Source: Mycobacterium tuberculosis H37Rv (GTDB taxonomy: Bacteria > Actinomycetota > Actinomycetes > Mycobacteriales > Mycobacteriaceae). From it: a stretch of DNA of 32,000 nucleotides. The notes beneath the pieces are model-generated. The model saw nothing but the letters and a program-made list of their open reading frames with translations, was not told the DNA's origin and did no database searches. Position numbers and translations under genes: made by a program. The stretch is taken from contig NC_000962.3 in assembly GCF_000195955.2 (NCBI RefSeq), positions 2,910,001-2,942,000 on the forward strand. Reading direction: 5' to 3'. Positions 30,613-32,000 of this stretch are shown piece after piece; position 1 is the stretch's first letter; every line of letters begins with the position of its first letter.

Positions 30613-31196
30613 GGTTGCCGAGCCCACTCGGTGGCAAGCAGCCGACGGGTGTCGCGCAGCAGCTGCGGAATCACCTTGGAGCCCCCGATGATGGTGATGA
30701 AATTCGCATCGCCACCCCACCGTGGCACCACATGCACGTGCAGGTGCTCGGCCAGCGACCCGCCCGCCGATGTCCCTAGGTTCAGGCCGACATTGAAGCC
30801 GTGCGGACGCGACACGTTCTTGATCACGCGAATCGCCTTCTGGGTGAACGCCATCAACTCGGCGCTCTCCAAATCGGTGAGATCCTCGAGTTCGGATACC
30901 CGACGATAGGGCACCACCATCAAGTGCCCGGGGTTGTACGGGTACAGGTTGAGCACGGCGTAGACCAGCTTGCCACGAGCGACCACCAGACCCTCTTCGT
31001 CGGACAGCTGCGGGATCTCGGTGAACGGCTGCGCAGGGCTGGCCGAGGAATTGGGGTCACGCTTCACTGGCGCTTCGGCCAGGTAGTTCATCCGGTAGGG
31101 GGTCCATAACCGCTGCAGCTGGTCGCGCTGGCCGACACCCCGATCGAAGATGGTGTGGTCCTCGGTGGCCCGATCCGTGCGGTCCTCGTCACTCAC
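30609..31196 (-). CDS. HIT-family nucleotide phosphorylase/hydrolase (Ap4A phosphorylase-like)
   Basis: 195 aa. [19 protein letters not shown] triad; overlaps the thrS stop. Confidence 0.92.
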
Positions 31197-32000
31197 GACC
31201 GGCCACTTTCACCAGTTCCGCTGTAGGAACCGCATTTTCGCGGTCAGCGATCCAGGCGACAATGGCCGCCACCGCATCGTCACGGGCCACACCGTTGATT
31301 TGGGTGCGGTCACCGAACCGGAAACTCACCGCGCCGGCGGCGACGTCACGATCACCCGCCAACACCATGAACGGCACCTTGTGGTTGGTGTGGTGCACGA
31401 TCTTCTTGGCCATCCGATCGTCGCTGGCGTCCACCTCGGCCCGCACCCCGTGCGACTTCAGTTGCGTGGCAACCTCTTCCAGATAGGCGACGTGCTCATC
31501 GGCGACCGGGATGCCGACCACCTGCACGGGCGCCAACCAGGCCGGGAACGCCCCCGCGTAGTGCTCGGTGAGAATGCCGAAGAACCGCTCGATCGACCCA
31601 AATAGCGCGCGGTGGATCATCACCGGGCGGTGGCGGGTTCCGTCGGCGGCGGTGTACTCCAGGCCGAAACGTTCCGGAAAGTTGAAGTCCAGCTGGATGG
31701 TCGACATCTGCCAGGTGCGGCCCAGCGCGTCTTTGACCTGCACTGAAATCTTGGGCCCGTAGAACGCCGCGCCGCCTGGATCGGGCACCAGCTCCAGCCC
31801 GGATTCGGCGCCCACCTCGGCCAGCACGGTGGTGGCTTCCTCCCAGACCTCCTCGGCGCCGACGAACTTCTCCGGGTCCTTGGTGGACAGTTCGAGGTAG
31901 AAGTCGGTGAGGCCGTAGTCGGCGAGCAGGTCGAGCACAAACCGCAGCAGCGACCGCAGCTCGTCGCGCATCTGGTCGCGGGTGCAGAAGATGTGCGCGT
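31189..32000 (-). CDS. thrS: Threonyl-tRNA synthetase, C-terminal part (open at window edge)
   Basis: [39 protein letters not shown] motif 3 and anticodon domain. The reading frame continues to position 32000 (...[11 protein letters not shown]). Confidence 0.96.

Overview
This 32 kb window is ordinary, densely coding, GC-rich mycobacterial chromosome. By protein content and gene order it matches the Mycobacterium tuberculosis complex interval that I know as roughly relA (Rv2583c) to thrS (Rv2614c). That assignment comes from recalled family knowledge and was not checked against a database. Order: relA 5' end, apt, dipeptide-type lipoprotein, secF, secD, yajC (all -); gabT, fadD9/carboxylic acid reductase, PE_PGRS44 (+); ruvB-ruvA-ruvC (-); vapB40-vapC40, a five-gene membrane/polyamine cluster ending in speE, vapB41-vapC41 (+); yebC, pdxT, tesB2, pdxS (-); pdxH, PPE42 (+); NUDIX protein, pimA, acyltransferase, pgsA1, HIT protein, thrS 3' part (-). 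I saw no tRNA/rRNA, CRISPR array, prophage or insertion sequence. The items most worth a second look are: (1) the compact DUF4178-like / DUF2617-like / DUF4247-like / DUF350 / membrane spermidine-synthase cluster flanked by two vapBC modules; (2) an in-frame TAG two codons after a well-placed ATG upstream of the DUF350 gene; (3) a LemA-like N-terminus fused to a NUDIX domain; (4) inverted repeats with identical 6-7-6 geometry over the likely -10 regions of two unrelated vapBC operons; (5) a near-consensus CRP-type palindrome just upstream of PE_PGRS44. I do not see strong evidence for an entirely new defence or mobile system.
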